Shown: positions 18,077 through 27,011 of the stretch, piece by piece
Layout: each line of letters begins with the position of its first letter
Numbering within the stretch: position 1 is the first letter of the stretch
Origin: a virus
Virus record (IMG/VR): IMGVR_UViG_3300045988_126112
Location: 179,965-243,964 of that record
DNA: 64,000 nt
Reading direction: 5' to 3' (one strand)
Notes under the pieces: model-generated
The model's database searches: none
Told to the model about the DNA's origin: nothing
The model's input: the letters and a program-made list of their open reading frames with translations, nothing else
Position numbers and translations under genes: made by a program

Positions 18077-20836
18077 ATGAAAATGGATAAAGAAGTAAGA
18101 AGAAGTTTTGAAAGAAAGAATTTAGAAAGAGCTGCTAAAAAAGCTGCAGTAGTTGGATTAACTACATTAGTATTAAGTACAAGTGGTATACAAGCAAATG
18201 CTGCATCAAGATATGACAATTCAAATTATAGAGGTATAGGTTATATATCTAAAGTTGAAGAAGTTAGTGAACTAGGTAATGGTGGATATATATCTACTGG
18301 TGCTGGTGACTACGGCGGAGTTTCATATGGTATATACCAATTCTCTACTACAACTGGTAGTGCAAGAGATTTTATAAATTGGACTAAAAAGAATGACTCA
18401 GAAGTTTATAAATATTTCAAAGCTGAAGGAAATCCAAGACCTTCAACAGCTGCATTTAATAGAGCTTGGAAAAAAGCTTATAAAGAATTAGGTACTAAGT
18501 TTGAGAAATCTCAATATGATTTCGCATCTGAATACTTAATAAAACCAGCATACAACAGAGTAAAGAAAAGATTTGGATTAGATTTGAAAAAATCTAGAGC
18601 TAGAGAAGAATACTTAATAAGTACAGCAGTACAATTTGGACCAGGAGGTATATGTAATCTATTTAAAGAAGTTGAAAATAGAGGTATCAAATTAGATGAT
18701 AATATGGACGATAGTGAATTATTATCTATAATGTGCAATCATAAACGTGATACAGTAGCTTATCATTTTAGAAGTTCTAGTTCTAAAGTTAAAGCTGCTG
18801 CTAGACAAAGATTCATAAGAGAAAAGAAAGAGTTATTAAAAATAGCTAAAGAAGAATCTGGTAAAACTTTAGATGAAGTAAAAGAAACAAGTACTAGTAC
18901 ATCTAAAGCTAGTTCTTCAAAAGAAGAAACTAATGATGTATCAACACAAGAATTTGATGACGTAATAGAAGTTAACGACAAAGATATAGAAAAAGATTAT
19001 GACAAAGTTGAAAAAGAACTTGATGAAGTAAACGATGTTATATCTGATGAAACTCAAGACAATACTGAATCTAAAGAAGAAGATAAATCAACTACAGAAG
19101 ATGAAGATACTTCTAAAGAAGAAACAACTGACGAAGAAACTTCAAAAGACGAATCAGCTAAAGAAGATAAAGCTGAAGAAAAAGATAATACAGAAAAAGA
19201 AGAAACTAAAGATGAAGATAAACAAGAATCAACTGAAAATGATTCATCTTTAGATAATACATTATTTGTTGGTGATTCTCATATGAAAGGTGCAGAATCA
19301 ACAATAAAAAATAATTATGACAATTCTCAAGTAAAAGCAACAGTAGGAGCATCTGCATATGTTTACTTACATGATACTAAATTCTTTGGAGAAAAATTAA
19401 TAAATTCTTTACCAGAAGATAGTGATGATATACATCAAGTAGTAGTATCATTAGGTGTTAATAATATAACTGGAGCTACAAATGAATCTGATGTAATAAA
19501 AGTATTAGAAAAATTACAAGCTAAATATCCAGGAAAACCAATAAGATTTATGTTAGTAAATCATGTTGGTAATAAATATACTGAAGCTAGTGTATCAAAA
19601 ACAAATAAATTAATAGACCAATTAAACAAAACTGTTTCTGATTATGCTAAAGAACATGAAAATGTATCAGTTATAGATGCTAGTGAAGGATTAGAAACTA
19701 ATGGTAAACTTACTAGTACTAATGATGGATTGCATGTAAATAATAATAAAAAACTGCTAAATAATATAGAAAAAGCTGTAGAAGAAAAACAAGATAAAAC
19801 AACTTTAGAAGAAGCACCTGACCAAGTTAAAAATAATGATGAATTCGATTCAATAGTAGACGAAGATACAACTAAAGATATAGAAGAACCAGACAAAGCT
19901 ACAGAAGAAGATAATGATAAACAAGAATCTTCTAAAGAAGATAAAGTTGAAGAAAAAGACAATGATAGTAAAGAAGAAACTTCTAAAGAAGACAAACAAG
20001 AATCAACTGAAAAAGAAACAACTGACGAAGAAACTTCAAAAGACGAATCAGCTAAAGAAGATAAAGAATCTGATACTAAAGAAGAATCTAAAGATGAAGA
20101 TAAATCAACTGAATCAGAAAAAGAATCTTCTAAAGAAGAAACAACTACAGAAGATAATACTGTAGAAGAAGACAATGATAAAGAAACTTCTAAAGATGAA
20201 TCAACTAAAGAAGATAAATCTGAAGAAAAAGACTATGATACTAAAGAAGAAACTCCAGCTAAAGAAAATACAACTGAAAAAGAATCTTCTAAAGAAGAAA
20301 CTAAAGATAATACAGTAAAAGAAGATAAAGAATCTGATACTAAAGAAGAAGCAACTGATAAAGAAACTTCTAAAGATGAATCAACTAAAGAAGATAAATC
20401 TGAAGAAAAAGCTGTAGAAGAAAAACAAGAATCTTCTAAAGAAGAAACTAAAGATAATACAGCTAAAGAAGATAAATCAACTGAATCAGAAAAAGAATCT
20501 TCAAAAGAAGAATCAACTAAAGAAGACAAAGCAGTAAAAGAAACTAAAGAAGAAACTCCAGCTAAAGAAGAAAAACAAGAATCAACTAAACAAGAATCTT
20601 CTAAAGACGAATCAGTTAAAGAAAATAAAGCTGAAGAAAAAGCTGTAGAAGAAAAACAAGAAACTTCTAAAGAAAAAGAACAACCAGTTCAAGAAGAAAA
20701 AACTACAGAAAAACAAGAAACTGCAACTGAAGATAATACTAAACAAGAAGATAATAGTAAAGAAGAATCTTCTGACACATTAAATGAATTACAATCAAGA
20801 TTATCTAATAACTTATTTGGAAAATTAATGAGTTAA
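18077..20836 (+). CDS. secreted multidomain protein: lysozyme-like domain, acidic arm, SGNH/GDSL hydrolase, acidic arm
   Basis: Signal-peptide-like N-terminus (AAVVGLTTLVLSTSGIQANA-AS). YGIYQFSTTTGSARDF...STAVQFGPGG. SGNH blocks LFVGDSHMKG, SLGVNNI, DGLHVNN. Long E/K/D/S/T low-complexity arms. Confidence 0.7.
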   Translation: MKMDKEVRRSFERKNLERAAKKAAVVGLTTLVLSTSGIQANAASRYDNSNYRGIGYISKVEEVSELGNGGYISTGAGDYGGVSYGIYQFSTTTGSARDFINWTKKNDSEVYKYFKAEGNPRPSTAAFNRAWKKAYKELGTKFEKSQYDFASEYLIKPAYNRVKKRFGLDLKKSRAREEYLISTAVQFGPGGICNLFKEVENRGIKLDDNMDDSELLSIMCNHKRDTVAYHFRSSSSKVKAAARQRFIREKKELLKIAKEESGKTLDEVKETSTSTSKASSSKEETNDVSTQEFDDVIEVNDKDIEKDYDKVEKELDEVNDVISDETQDNTESKEEDKSTTEDEDTSKEETTDEETSKDESAKEDKAEEKDNTEKEETKDEDKQESTENDSSLDNTLFVGDSHMKGAESTIKNNYDNSQVKATVGASAYVYLHDTKFFGEKLINSLPEDSDDIHQVVVSLGVNNITGATNESDVIKVLEKLQAKYPGKPIRFMLVNHVGNKYTEASVSKTNKLIDQLNKTVSDYAKEHENVSVIDASEGLETNGKLTSTNDGLHVNNNKKLLNNIEKAVEEKQDKTTLEEAPDQVKNNDEFDSIVDEDTTKDIEEPDKATEEDNDKQESSKEDKVEEKDNDSKEETSKEDKQESTEKETTDEETSKDESAKEDKESDTKEESKDEDKSTESEKESSKEETTTEDNTVEEDNDKETSKDESTKEDKSEEKDYDTKEETPAKENTTEKESSKEETKDNTVKEDKESDTKEEATDKETSKDESTKEDKSEEKAVEEKQESSKEETKDNTAKEDKSTESEKESSKEESTKEDKAVKETKEETPAKEEKQESTKQESSKDESVKENKAEEKAVEEKQETSKEKEQPVQEEKTTEKQETATEDNTKQEDNSKEESSDTLNELQSRLSNNLFGKLMS
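19121..19172 (+). repeat. 52-bp exact direct repeat, copy 1 (upstream of the SGNH domain)
   Basis: GAAACAACTGACGAAGAAACTTCAAAAGACGAATCAGCTAAAGAAGATAAAG is also found at 20015..20066. Confidence 0.85.
20015..20066 (+). repeat. 52-bp exact direct repeat, copy 2 (downstream of the SGNH domain)
   Basis: Identical to 19121..19172. Confidence 0.85.
20177..20411 (+). repeat. 180-bp-period repeat within the acidic arm
   Basis: GATAAAGAAACTTCTAAAGATGAATCAACTAAAGAAGATAAATCTGAAGAAAAAG occurs at 20177..20231 and 20357..20411. Confidence 0.85.
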
Positions 20837-20844
20837 TACACTAA

Positions 20845-20873
20845 AGACTAGGGTAATCCCTAGTCTTTTTTTT
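20845..20873 (+). terminator. intrinsic terminator
   Basis: AGACTAGGG taat CCCTAGTCT, then TTTTTTT. Confidence 0.85.
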
Positions 20874-20899
20874 ATAATAAAAATAAGGGGGTATATATT

Positions 20900-21604
20900 A
20901 TGAAATTAGGTATAAAATTAATAGGAGCAGCAGTAATAATAGGAGGTATTTCTATAGGTTCAATAGCAATATATAATAAACTTAATCCTGCAGAACCAAT
21001 GCCAGAAGTAGTAGCAGATTCAGAATATAAAGCTACTGTTAAATCCAAACAAAAATTAGATGGAATTTTAAAAAGAGAAATTTCTGGAAAGATGATAGTT
21101 ACAGAAAACTTAGTTCATGTAGTTCACAAAGTTGAATATATTGAAGAAATTCCTGTTGGAATGTATGGAGAAACTATTAAAGCAAAAGCAGAAGTAATTA
21201 AGTATGGTGAAGCTGATGTACAGTATAACTATGTGGTTGATTTAGATAAAACTGAAATAAAAGAAACTGATACTGAAGTTAATATAAAATTAGAAAAACC
21301 ATATTTAGATGAAAAGTCAGTTAAAATAAAACCAGATTCATTTAAATTAGATAAAAGCAAATCTAGTATAAATGTAGTTGGTAAAATAAAAATATCAAGT
21401 GAAATACTAACTAATAAATCTGATACGTTAGATGGTAGAGCTTCAAGAACTTTAATGAATGAAATACCTAAGAAAACTATTGAAGAATTAAAGAAAGACA
21501 AAAATTCTGGTGATAAAATCTCATTAGAAAATGCTCAATCTAAATTAAGTAAGAAATTATCTAAAATAAATACAGATAAGAAAATAAATATAAGTTATAA
21601 ATAG
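20900..21604 (+). CDS. membrane-anchored hypothetical protein
   Basis: N-terminal TM LIGAAVIIGGISIGSIAIY. AGGGGG RBS. Confidence 0.55.
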   Translation: MKLGIKLIGAAVIIGGISIGSIAIYNKLNPAEPMPEVVADSEYKATVKSKQKLDGILKREISGKMIVTENLVHVVHKVEYIEEIPVGMYGETIKAKAEVIKYGEADVQYNYVVDLDKTEIKETDTEVNIKLEKPYLDEKSVKIKPDSFKLDKSKSSINVVGKIKISSEILTNKSDTLDGRASRTLMNEIPKKTIEELKKDKNSGDKISLENAQSKLSKKLSKINTDKKINISYK

Positions 21605-21616
21605 GGGGTATGTATT

Positions 21617-21835
21617 ATGGATACTAATATTGATTATATTAGAAATACTGAAAAAAAATTAACATTATGTGTTGAAACTGAAGATCGTATTAAATATTAT
21701 AATCCAAATGAATGGGAATTAATATGCTATAGTAATATGTATATTGAAATATGTGAAAAAGCAGAAGATTCTATAATGACTGTAATTCCTAGAGAAAGAG
21801 TTAAAAAATTCTTTACATTTAAAGGAGGTATGTAA
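21617..21835 (+). CDS. hypothetical protein
   Basis: GGGGG RBS. 72 aa. Confidence 0.5.
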   Translation: MDTNIDYIRNTEKKLTLCVETEDRIKYYNPNEWELICYSNMYIEICEKAEDSIMTVIPRERVKKFFTFKGGM

Positions 21836-21836
21836 T

Positions 21837-22586
21837 ATGATAGTAGGAATAGAAGATTTAAAAGGAAAAGTTATAGGAAGTATAGTTTGTGATAAAAATG
21901 GTCAATTTGTAAAATTTATAACTGAAGACGGTTATCAATATTGCATGAAACATATACAAGATGAAGATGAAATATGGCGTATAACTGACATAGATGGTAA
22001 ACTAGAAAATTTAATATTTAAAGAAGTAATAGATTGTGAATACAGAAAAGAGAGTAATGTAAATAATACAGTATTATTTACAGATTTTAAAATAGAAGTA
22101 GATAACGCATATGTGTTAATACAATGGTATTCAAGTGGTGAAAGTTATTATAATAAAGAAATTATTATAGATAAAACTAGAAGCCCTAGAGGATATGATG
22201 AAATAAATGTATATAAAATAACACATAAGCATATAAAAAATATAGATAACTGTATGGAATATTTAGAGGAGCAAATATCTATTCTAATTGGAAAAGGAGC
22301 AGAATTGACATATTGTATAGATGATAAAGTAAATAGAATACTAATGAATAGATATAATTGCAGAAGTCAATTATTGAAAAAATACTATTATGCTTTACGT
22401 AAAATTAAAGAAGAACTAGAAGACGATTTTAGACTGATTAAAAAGCATAATGAATTTTTGACAAATGTTAATAGAGACATTACTATACTACAAGAATATG
22501 ATTTATCTGAGCGTTCAGATGTTATTAATGAAAAAATGAGTAATTTATATAATATGCTAGTTGCTCATATTAAGTATAAATTGTAA
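21837..22586 (+). CDS. hypothetical protein
   Basis: AGGAGG RBS sits inside the end of the upstream gene, so the two are tightly coupled. Confidence 0.55.
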   Translation: MIVGIEDLKGKVIGSIVCDKNGQFVKFITEDGYQYCMKHIQDEDEIWRITDIDGKLENLIFKEVIDCEYRKESNVNNTVLFTDFKIEVDNAYVLIQWYSSGESYYNKEIIIDKTRSPRGYDEINVYKITHKHIKNIDNCMEYLEEQISILIGKGAELTYCIDDKVNRILMNRYNCRSQLLKKYYYALRKIKEELEDDFRLIKKHNEFLTNVNRDITILQEYDLSERSDVINEKMSNLYNMLVAHIKYKL

Positions 22587-22601
22587 AAGTCAAATCCTTC
22601 A

Positions 22602-22621
22602 ATTATATATTATAAATATGA
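22602..22621 (+). promoter_or_regulatory. extended promoter-like box ATTATATATTATAAATATGA
   Basis: 20-mer identical to 36821..36840 and 37467..37486. Lies 33 nt before the hyperacidic peptide ORF. Confidence 0.5.
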
Positions 22622-22653
22622 ATAATAAATAATATATATTAGGAGGTAACGTT

Positions 22654-22773
22654 ATGTTAGATATAAGAATAAGCGATTTAATGGATGCAATAGGAGATGT
22701 TTATGGAGACGATATAGATATAGACTTAAGTTTAGATTTATATGATGATTTAGATGGAGGTGATGTTTTATAG
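22654..22773 (+). CDS. hyperacidic 39-aa peptide
   Basis: MLDIRISDLMDAIGDVYGDDIDIDLSLDLYDDLDGGDVL. AGGAGG 7 nt upstream, and the 20-nt promoter-like box lies 33 nt upstream. Confidence 0.45.
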   Translation: MLDIRISDLMDAIGDVYGDDIDIDLSLDLYDDLDGGDVL

Positions 22774-22849
22774 TTTTAGAAAATAGAGAAGGTGATTGAA
22801 AAATTGCTTTCTTTATTTTTTACAATAAATACAAAAGGGGGAAAATTTA

Positions 22850-23014
22850 ATGATTTATTTAGGATTGGTACTATTATTTATTTTAGAAGTAATTTCGATT
22901 AATAATATATTTGAAAAGACTTGTAGATTAGGATGGATATTTGTATCCGTTCTATTCTATATTGGTATTAGTGAGTATGTATATATAATATTATATACAA
23001 TGCCAATATTTTGA
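22850..23014 (+). CDS. 54-aa two-TM microprotein
   Basis: AAGGGGG RBS. MIYLGLVLLFILEVI...GWIFVSVLFYIGISEYVYIILY. Followed by terminator 23021..23052. Confidence 0.45.
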   Translation: MIYLGLVLLFILEVISINNIFEKTCRLGWIFVSVLFYIGISEYVYIILYTMPIF

Positions 23015-23020
23015 TAAACA

Positions 23021-23052
23021 AGAAGTAGGGAGCAATCCCTACTTCTTTTTTT
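23021..23052 (+). terminator. intrinsic terminator
   Basis: AGAAGTAGGG agcaat CCCTACTTCT, then TTTTTT. Confidence 0.85.
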
Positions 23053-23121
23053 GCCGTTTATCTACGCTATTTTTTTTCAACATATAATTAAAGATTATAT
23101 AAGAAAGAGGGGTGAAAGATT

Positions 23122-23970
23122 TTGTCATTATATGGTAACCCTGAAGGAATGGTGGGCTATAATGAATTAAGTCCTTATGTACAATCGCTCTTAAGTGGAG
23201 CAAGTATTGATGCTGGTATTTATATTGATCGTTCATATTTTATATTAACCCAATATAATGATAGAGTTACAGTTAATTTGAATACATTTAATCCAGCTAC
23301 AGATGAATTATTAGTATTTAAAAATGGATTGTTTATGACATTAGGATATGAGTATCAGTTTAATAATACTGATAAAACAATATCTCCTTTGAATGGTGAA
23401 ACATGGGATGGTTCTGAAACCAAACCAATAATCTTTGATTTCATAGGCTTGGAAAAGACTACTGGAGGTGGTGGTGACTCTGGTGGAGGATTTGATTTTG
23501 TTAAAATTAAAATTAAAGAATCAGAATGGATACAAGAAAATGATATGTATTATAAGATTGTAACTCACAATCTTGATTCAACTTCCTTAATTTTATCTGC
23601 AGTCAATTCAGATACCAAGAAATCGCTACAAGAGATATATACTATAATTGATGAAAATACATTAAAACTATATAATGATAGTAAAATAAATCTATCATTA
23701 ACAATTATAGATGTAGACTCAGTAAAACCAGGTGGTGCTTCAAGTTCAAAAACTTTAAACGTATCTAACTTTACATTTGATAATGAATTAAATATGTATA
23801 AAGCAACAGTAAATCATAATTTAGATGGAGAAGATCTATTAATAGGGGCTATTGATAGTAGTACTAAGAATTCAGTACATATTGCATATGACGTAGTGGA
23901 TTCTAATTCTATTATATTATATAATACTGATAGCATTACATTAAAATTATCAATACTTTCAATAAAGTAG
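23122..23970 (+). CDS. fibre/decoration-like protein with two copies of the ~65-aa knob module
   Basis: TTG start with AGAGGGG RBS. Gly linker TTGGGGDSGGG. Two modules (W..ENDMYYKIVTHNLDS..., ...LNMYKATVNHNLDG...). Confidence 0.55.
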   Translation: MSLYGNPEGMVGYNELSPYVQSLLSGASIDAGIYIDRSYFILTQYNDRVTVNLNTFNPATDELLVFKNGLFMTLGYEYQFNNTDKTISPLNGETWDGSETKPIIFDFIGLEKTTGGGGDSGGGFDFVKIKIKESEWIQENDMYYKIVTHNLDSTSLILSAVNSDTKKSLQEIYTIIDENTLKLYNDSKINLSLTIIDVDSVKPGGASSSKTLNVSNFTFDNELNMYKATVNHNLDGEDLLIGAIDSSTKNSVHIAYDVVDSNSIILYNTDSITLKLSILSIK

Positions 23971-23983
23971 AAGGGAGGAAATT

Positions 23984-24325
23984 ATGAGTGATATAAAAAA
24001 GAAAAAAAGAGATTTTCAACCTTTGCCAATTCAATGGCAACCTGATAAAGTTTTAGATCAACTTTTCAATGATGAAGAAGGTGGAAGTAGTGAAGCTATA
24101 GATGAATTAAAAAAATCTTTAGCTCAAGTAGCTTTTAGTGGATCATACAATGATTTAAAAGATAAACCTGTCAAACAAGATGGGACTTATGATGATACCC
24201 AAATAAAAGCAGAATTATCAACATTAAAAGAAAAAGTTGAAGCTATAAATCTTTCTGATTATATTAAAAAATCAGAAATTGAAGAAGCTACATCAGAAGA
24301 GTTATTAGCCATCTATAATGGTTAA
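23984..24325 (+). CDS. small fibre-associated protein
   Basis: VAFSGSYNDLKDKP motif. C-terminal ATSEELLAIYNG is shared with the next gene. Confidence 0.55.
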   Translation: MSDIKKKKRDFQPLPIQWQPDKVLDQLFNDEEGGSSEAIDELKKSLAQVAFSGSYNDLKDKPVKQDGTYDDTQIKAELSTLKEKVEAINLSDYIKKSEIEEATSEELLAIYNG

Positions 24326-24360
24326 TTATAAAAATTTTAATTTTTTAGGAGGTAATACAA

Positions 24361-24732
24361 ATGGCTAAATATATTACAGTCGACGCTTTAAAAGGAACTT
24401 TAGAAAAAATAAAAGCAGATATAAGTGCTATATCTACTGATGGTTATGTAACTACTGAAGCATTAACAACAGCTTTAGAAGGTTATTTAAAAGAAATACC
24501 AGCAGAATATATTACAGAAACTGAATTAAATGCAAAAGGTTTCTTAACTGCTGTTCCAGAAGAATATGTTACAGAAGATGAACTAACTGCAAAAGGATAT
24601 ATAACTGCTGTTCCAGAAGAATATGTTACAGAAGATGAACTAACTGCAAAAGGATATATAACTGCTGTACCTGAAGCTACTTCTGAAGAAGTATTAGCTA
24701 TATACAATGGAACAGCTCAAGCACAAGGATAA
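24361..24732 (+). CDS. small repeat protein (tandem 19-aa repeats)
   Basis: AVPEEYVTEDELTAKGYIT occurs twice perfectly, with a diverged copy before it. C-terminal ATSEEVLAIYNG. Confidence 0.6.
   Translation: MAKYITVDALKGTLEKIKADISAISTDGYVTTEALTTALEGYLKEIPAEYITETELNAKGFLTAVPEEYVTEDELTAKGYITAVPEEYVTEDELTAKGYITAVPEATSEEVLAIYNGTAQAQG
24550..24663 (+). repeat. perfect 57-bp tandem duplication (2 units), in frame
   Basis: Units 24550..24606 and 24607..24663 are identical. A diverged unit precedes them from about 24493. Confidence 0.9.
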
Positions 24733-24758
24733 AATTTTAATTTGAGGGGGTTTAAGAT

Positions 24759-25304
24759 ATGAGTCAAAAAACATATTTAACCCTAGATTCTATTAATGCT
24801 CTTATTACACAAATTAAAAAAGACATAGAAGCTGCTAGTGCCAATGGTGGCACTAGCGGTGCTGCTTATGATGATACATTAATAAAATCTAGATTGACTA
24901 AATTAGAAAAATATATGGATTATTTAAATCCATGGGGTGAATATGAATGGATAACTCCAGAAATAAAACAACCAGGTATAAGTTCAGAAGTAATCATAAA
25001 AGATACTAAATTCTATGAAGAATGTATGGCAAATGAAGAAAAATTCTATGACGATATGGAAGCAGATAAATTTGAACTTTATATCCTTAGACAAGTTGAT
25101 AATCCAAGAGGACTTAATAGATATGATACTATGCTTCCAAGAGAAGGATCTACAGTTCAAAAACCTGGTTCCGAATTGCATAAAGTTTGTAAATATAATG
25201 AAATTGAAGGATGGAATTGGAACTATGATAGTTCTGACAAACTAACATTATCAACTTCAGGTGATTCAGGATACACATTTGTAATGTTAAAAAGAAGAGC
25301 GTAG
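24759..25304 (+). CDS. hypothetical structural protein
   Basis: GAGGGGG RBS. N-terminal coiled segment resembling neighbouring fibre genes. Confidence 0.5.
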   Translation: MSQKTYLTLDSINALITQIKKDIEAASANGGTSGAAYDDTLIKSRLTKLEKYMDYLNPWGEYEWITPEIKQPGISSEVIIKDTKFYEECMANEEKFYDDMEADKFELYILRQVDNPRGLNRYDTMLPREGSTVQKPGSELHKVCKYNEIEGWNWNYDSSDKLTLSTSGDSGYTFVMLKRRA

Positions 25305-25319
25305 TTGGAGGTGGTATAA

Positions 25320-25790
25320 ATGGCAACAACACTAACAAGTGAAGAACTAATCCAACAAGCCAAATTACTTTCAACTAAAACAAATAATGCTACCAATCCT
25401 AATATGAAGTATAGTACTGTACCTTTAAGAAATACAGGTTTAAATCCAGATTATTTTACAGCTGTACAATCTTCTATAGTAAATGCTATGAATCTTATAT
25501 ATAAAAAGAATTCAGATGTAGATAAAAAAGTTACTACATTTGGAAATAAAATATCAGATACAATAGGTGATACTGCTACTTATGAAATAGCTGAAAAATT
25601 TGAAAATTTAAAAGCATTAATGGGTAGTAATACAATCATAGAAGGATTAGAAGACTTATATAAAAATAAACTTGTGGTTAAAGATAACTTAACTGAAACA
25701 GTTAAAACTATAGTTGGTGAACAAGCTCAATCTATAGTTGATCAAGCAGTTGATGAAAAATTATCTTGGACTGATAATGTTGAACAATAG
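25320..25790 (+). CDS. hypothetical structural protein
   Basis: GGAGG RBS. 156 aa. Confidence 0.5.
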   Translation: MATTLTSEELIQQAKLLSTKTNNATNPNMKYSTVPLRNTGLNPDYFTAVQSSIVNAMNLIYKKNSDVDKKVTTFGNKISDTIGDTATYEIAEKFENLKALMGSNTIIEGLEDLYKNKLVVKDNLTETVKTIVGEQAQSIVDQAVDEKLSWTDNVEQ

Positions 25791-25802
25791 GGAGGTGCTT
25801 TA

Positions 25803-26099
25803 ATGGGTATAGCATATGAGCAATTAAATGATTATCTTCAAAGTATTATTCCTATTAAAACTTTAACTGGAAGTATACCCGCATCTTCGTGGGTAAAAGT
25901 TGAAGATGAAAATTTATATAAATATAGTATAGATCTATCAAGTGAAAACATGACTTCCTATTCTAAAATAGATTTTGATTTGAGAATTAAATCTGATTCA
26001 CTTAATGAAATTATGTTTGATTCAGAATTAGTAAACAATTCTATAAATATCTATATAGATGAAGTTCTTGATTATGAATATACTATAAAATTGTTTTAA
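25803..26099 (+). CDS. stand-alone copy of the ~65-aa knob module
   Basis: IPASSWVKVEDENLYKYSIDLSSEN... resembles the C-terminal modules of 23122, 41262 and 42128. Confidence 0.5.
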   Translation: MGIAYEQLNDYLQSIIPIKTLTGSIPASSWVKVEDENLYKYSIDLSSENMTSYSKIDFDLRIKSDSLNEIMFDSELVNNSINIYIDEVLDYEYTIKLF

Positions 26100-26106
26100 A
26101 ACTTAA

Positions 26107-26140
26107 TAGCAGATGAGCTAAAAACTCATCTGCTATTTAT
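26107..26140 (+). terminator. intrinsic terminator
   Basis: TAGCAGATGAG ctaaaaa CTCATCTGCTA, then TTTAT. Confidence 0.7.
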
Positions 26141-26239
26141 ACGATTATATATAGAAAGGAGGAATATAAATAAATTTTATGTCCTTATAATAATGTTAAT
26201 TTATAATAGCATAACTCTTGATAAAGGAGAGTGATTTTT

Positions 26240-26959
26240 ATGGCAATACCATCTTTCTTAAAAAAAGAGGGAGACAAATTATTATTTAACGGAGAAGGGC
26301 AATTTATTTTTTATGTTCCTGAGATATATTTCAATAGATCGTATGCTGTTTCTATAGGTGATATGGTTAGTTTAATAGGAGTATTAGATTATACTATATT
26401 AGATAAGAATGGTAAAAATAATGGATTACATTTATTTAGATTCCCAGCTGTGTTTATAACTAGACCAATAGAAATGGAAAAGATTAAAGATGTAAATTTA
26501 ACTAAATACACACCAAGACAAGATTATAGATTATTGAAGTATAATAAAGGCGATGAAATAATGGTATCAACTAAAGTTCCAGAATTAGTTGATAATGCTG
26601 AATTATTCTATCAAATGTTTACATCTGGTAAGATACCTACTACAATACCATATAATAAATTACATGAATACTTCCCAGAAAATATGAAACTTGGTGGTAA
26701 AAGTTATGGTGTAAATATACAATTATTTGGAATGATAGTAAGTGAAATGTGTAGAGATCCAAAAGATTTAACTAGATTATTTAGACATACAGATATGAAA
26801 AATATGACAGCTTATCAACCAATATCAATTAAAGATGTACCTAAACAAACATCTCCATTTGCTGCAGTTACTAGTGAAAACTGGAATGAATCTATGATAA
26901 ATGCAATAATAAATAAAGATGCTGCTTATTCACCTATGGAATCATTATTCGTTGATTAG
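26240..26959 (+). CDS. tail-associated protein upstream of the sheath gene (function unknown)
   Basis: AAGGAGAG RBS 8 nt before the ATG at 26240 (the track GTG at 26231 overlaps the RBS). Called from position only. Confidence 0.4.
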   Translation: MAIPSFLKKEGDKLLFNGEGQFIFYVPEIYFNRSYAVSIGDMVSLIGVLDYTILDKNGKNNGLHLFRFPAVFITRPIEMEKIKDVNLTKYTPRQDYRLLKYNKGDEIMVSTKVPELVDNAELFYQMFTSGKIPTTIPYNKLHEYFPENMKLGGKSYGVNIQLFGMIVSEMCRDPKDLTRLFRHTDMKNMTAYQPISIKDVPKQTSPFAAVTSENWNESMINAIINKDAAYSPMESLFVD

Positions 26960-27011
26960 AAAAAATAACATAAGAATAAAATTATATTTAGATTAAAGGA
27001 GGTAATTTTCA

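Noticed and set aside
18511-20529. Several 70-180-aa minus-strand and alternative-frame ORFs inside the 18077..20836 gene (for example 19642..20175, 20233..20529, 19035..19253, 19914..20165)
   Set aside because: They are serine- or lysine-rich mirror images of the GAA/AAA/GAT-rich acidic repeat. None has an RBS, and all lie wholly within a well-supported gene. They are low-complexity artefacts.
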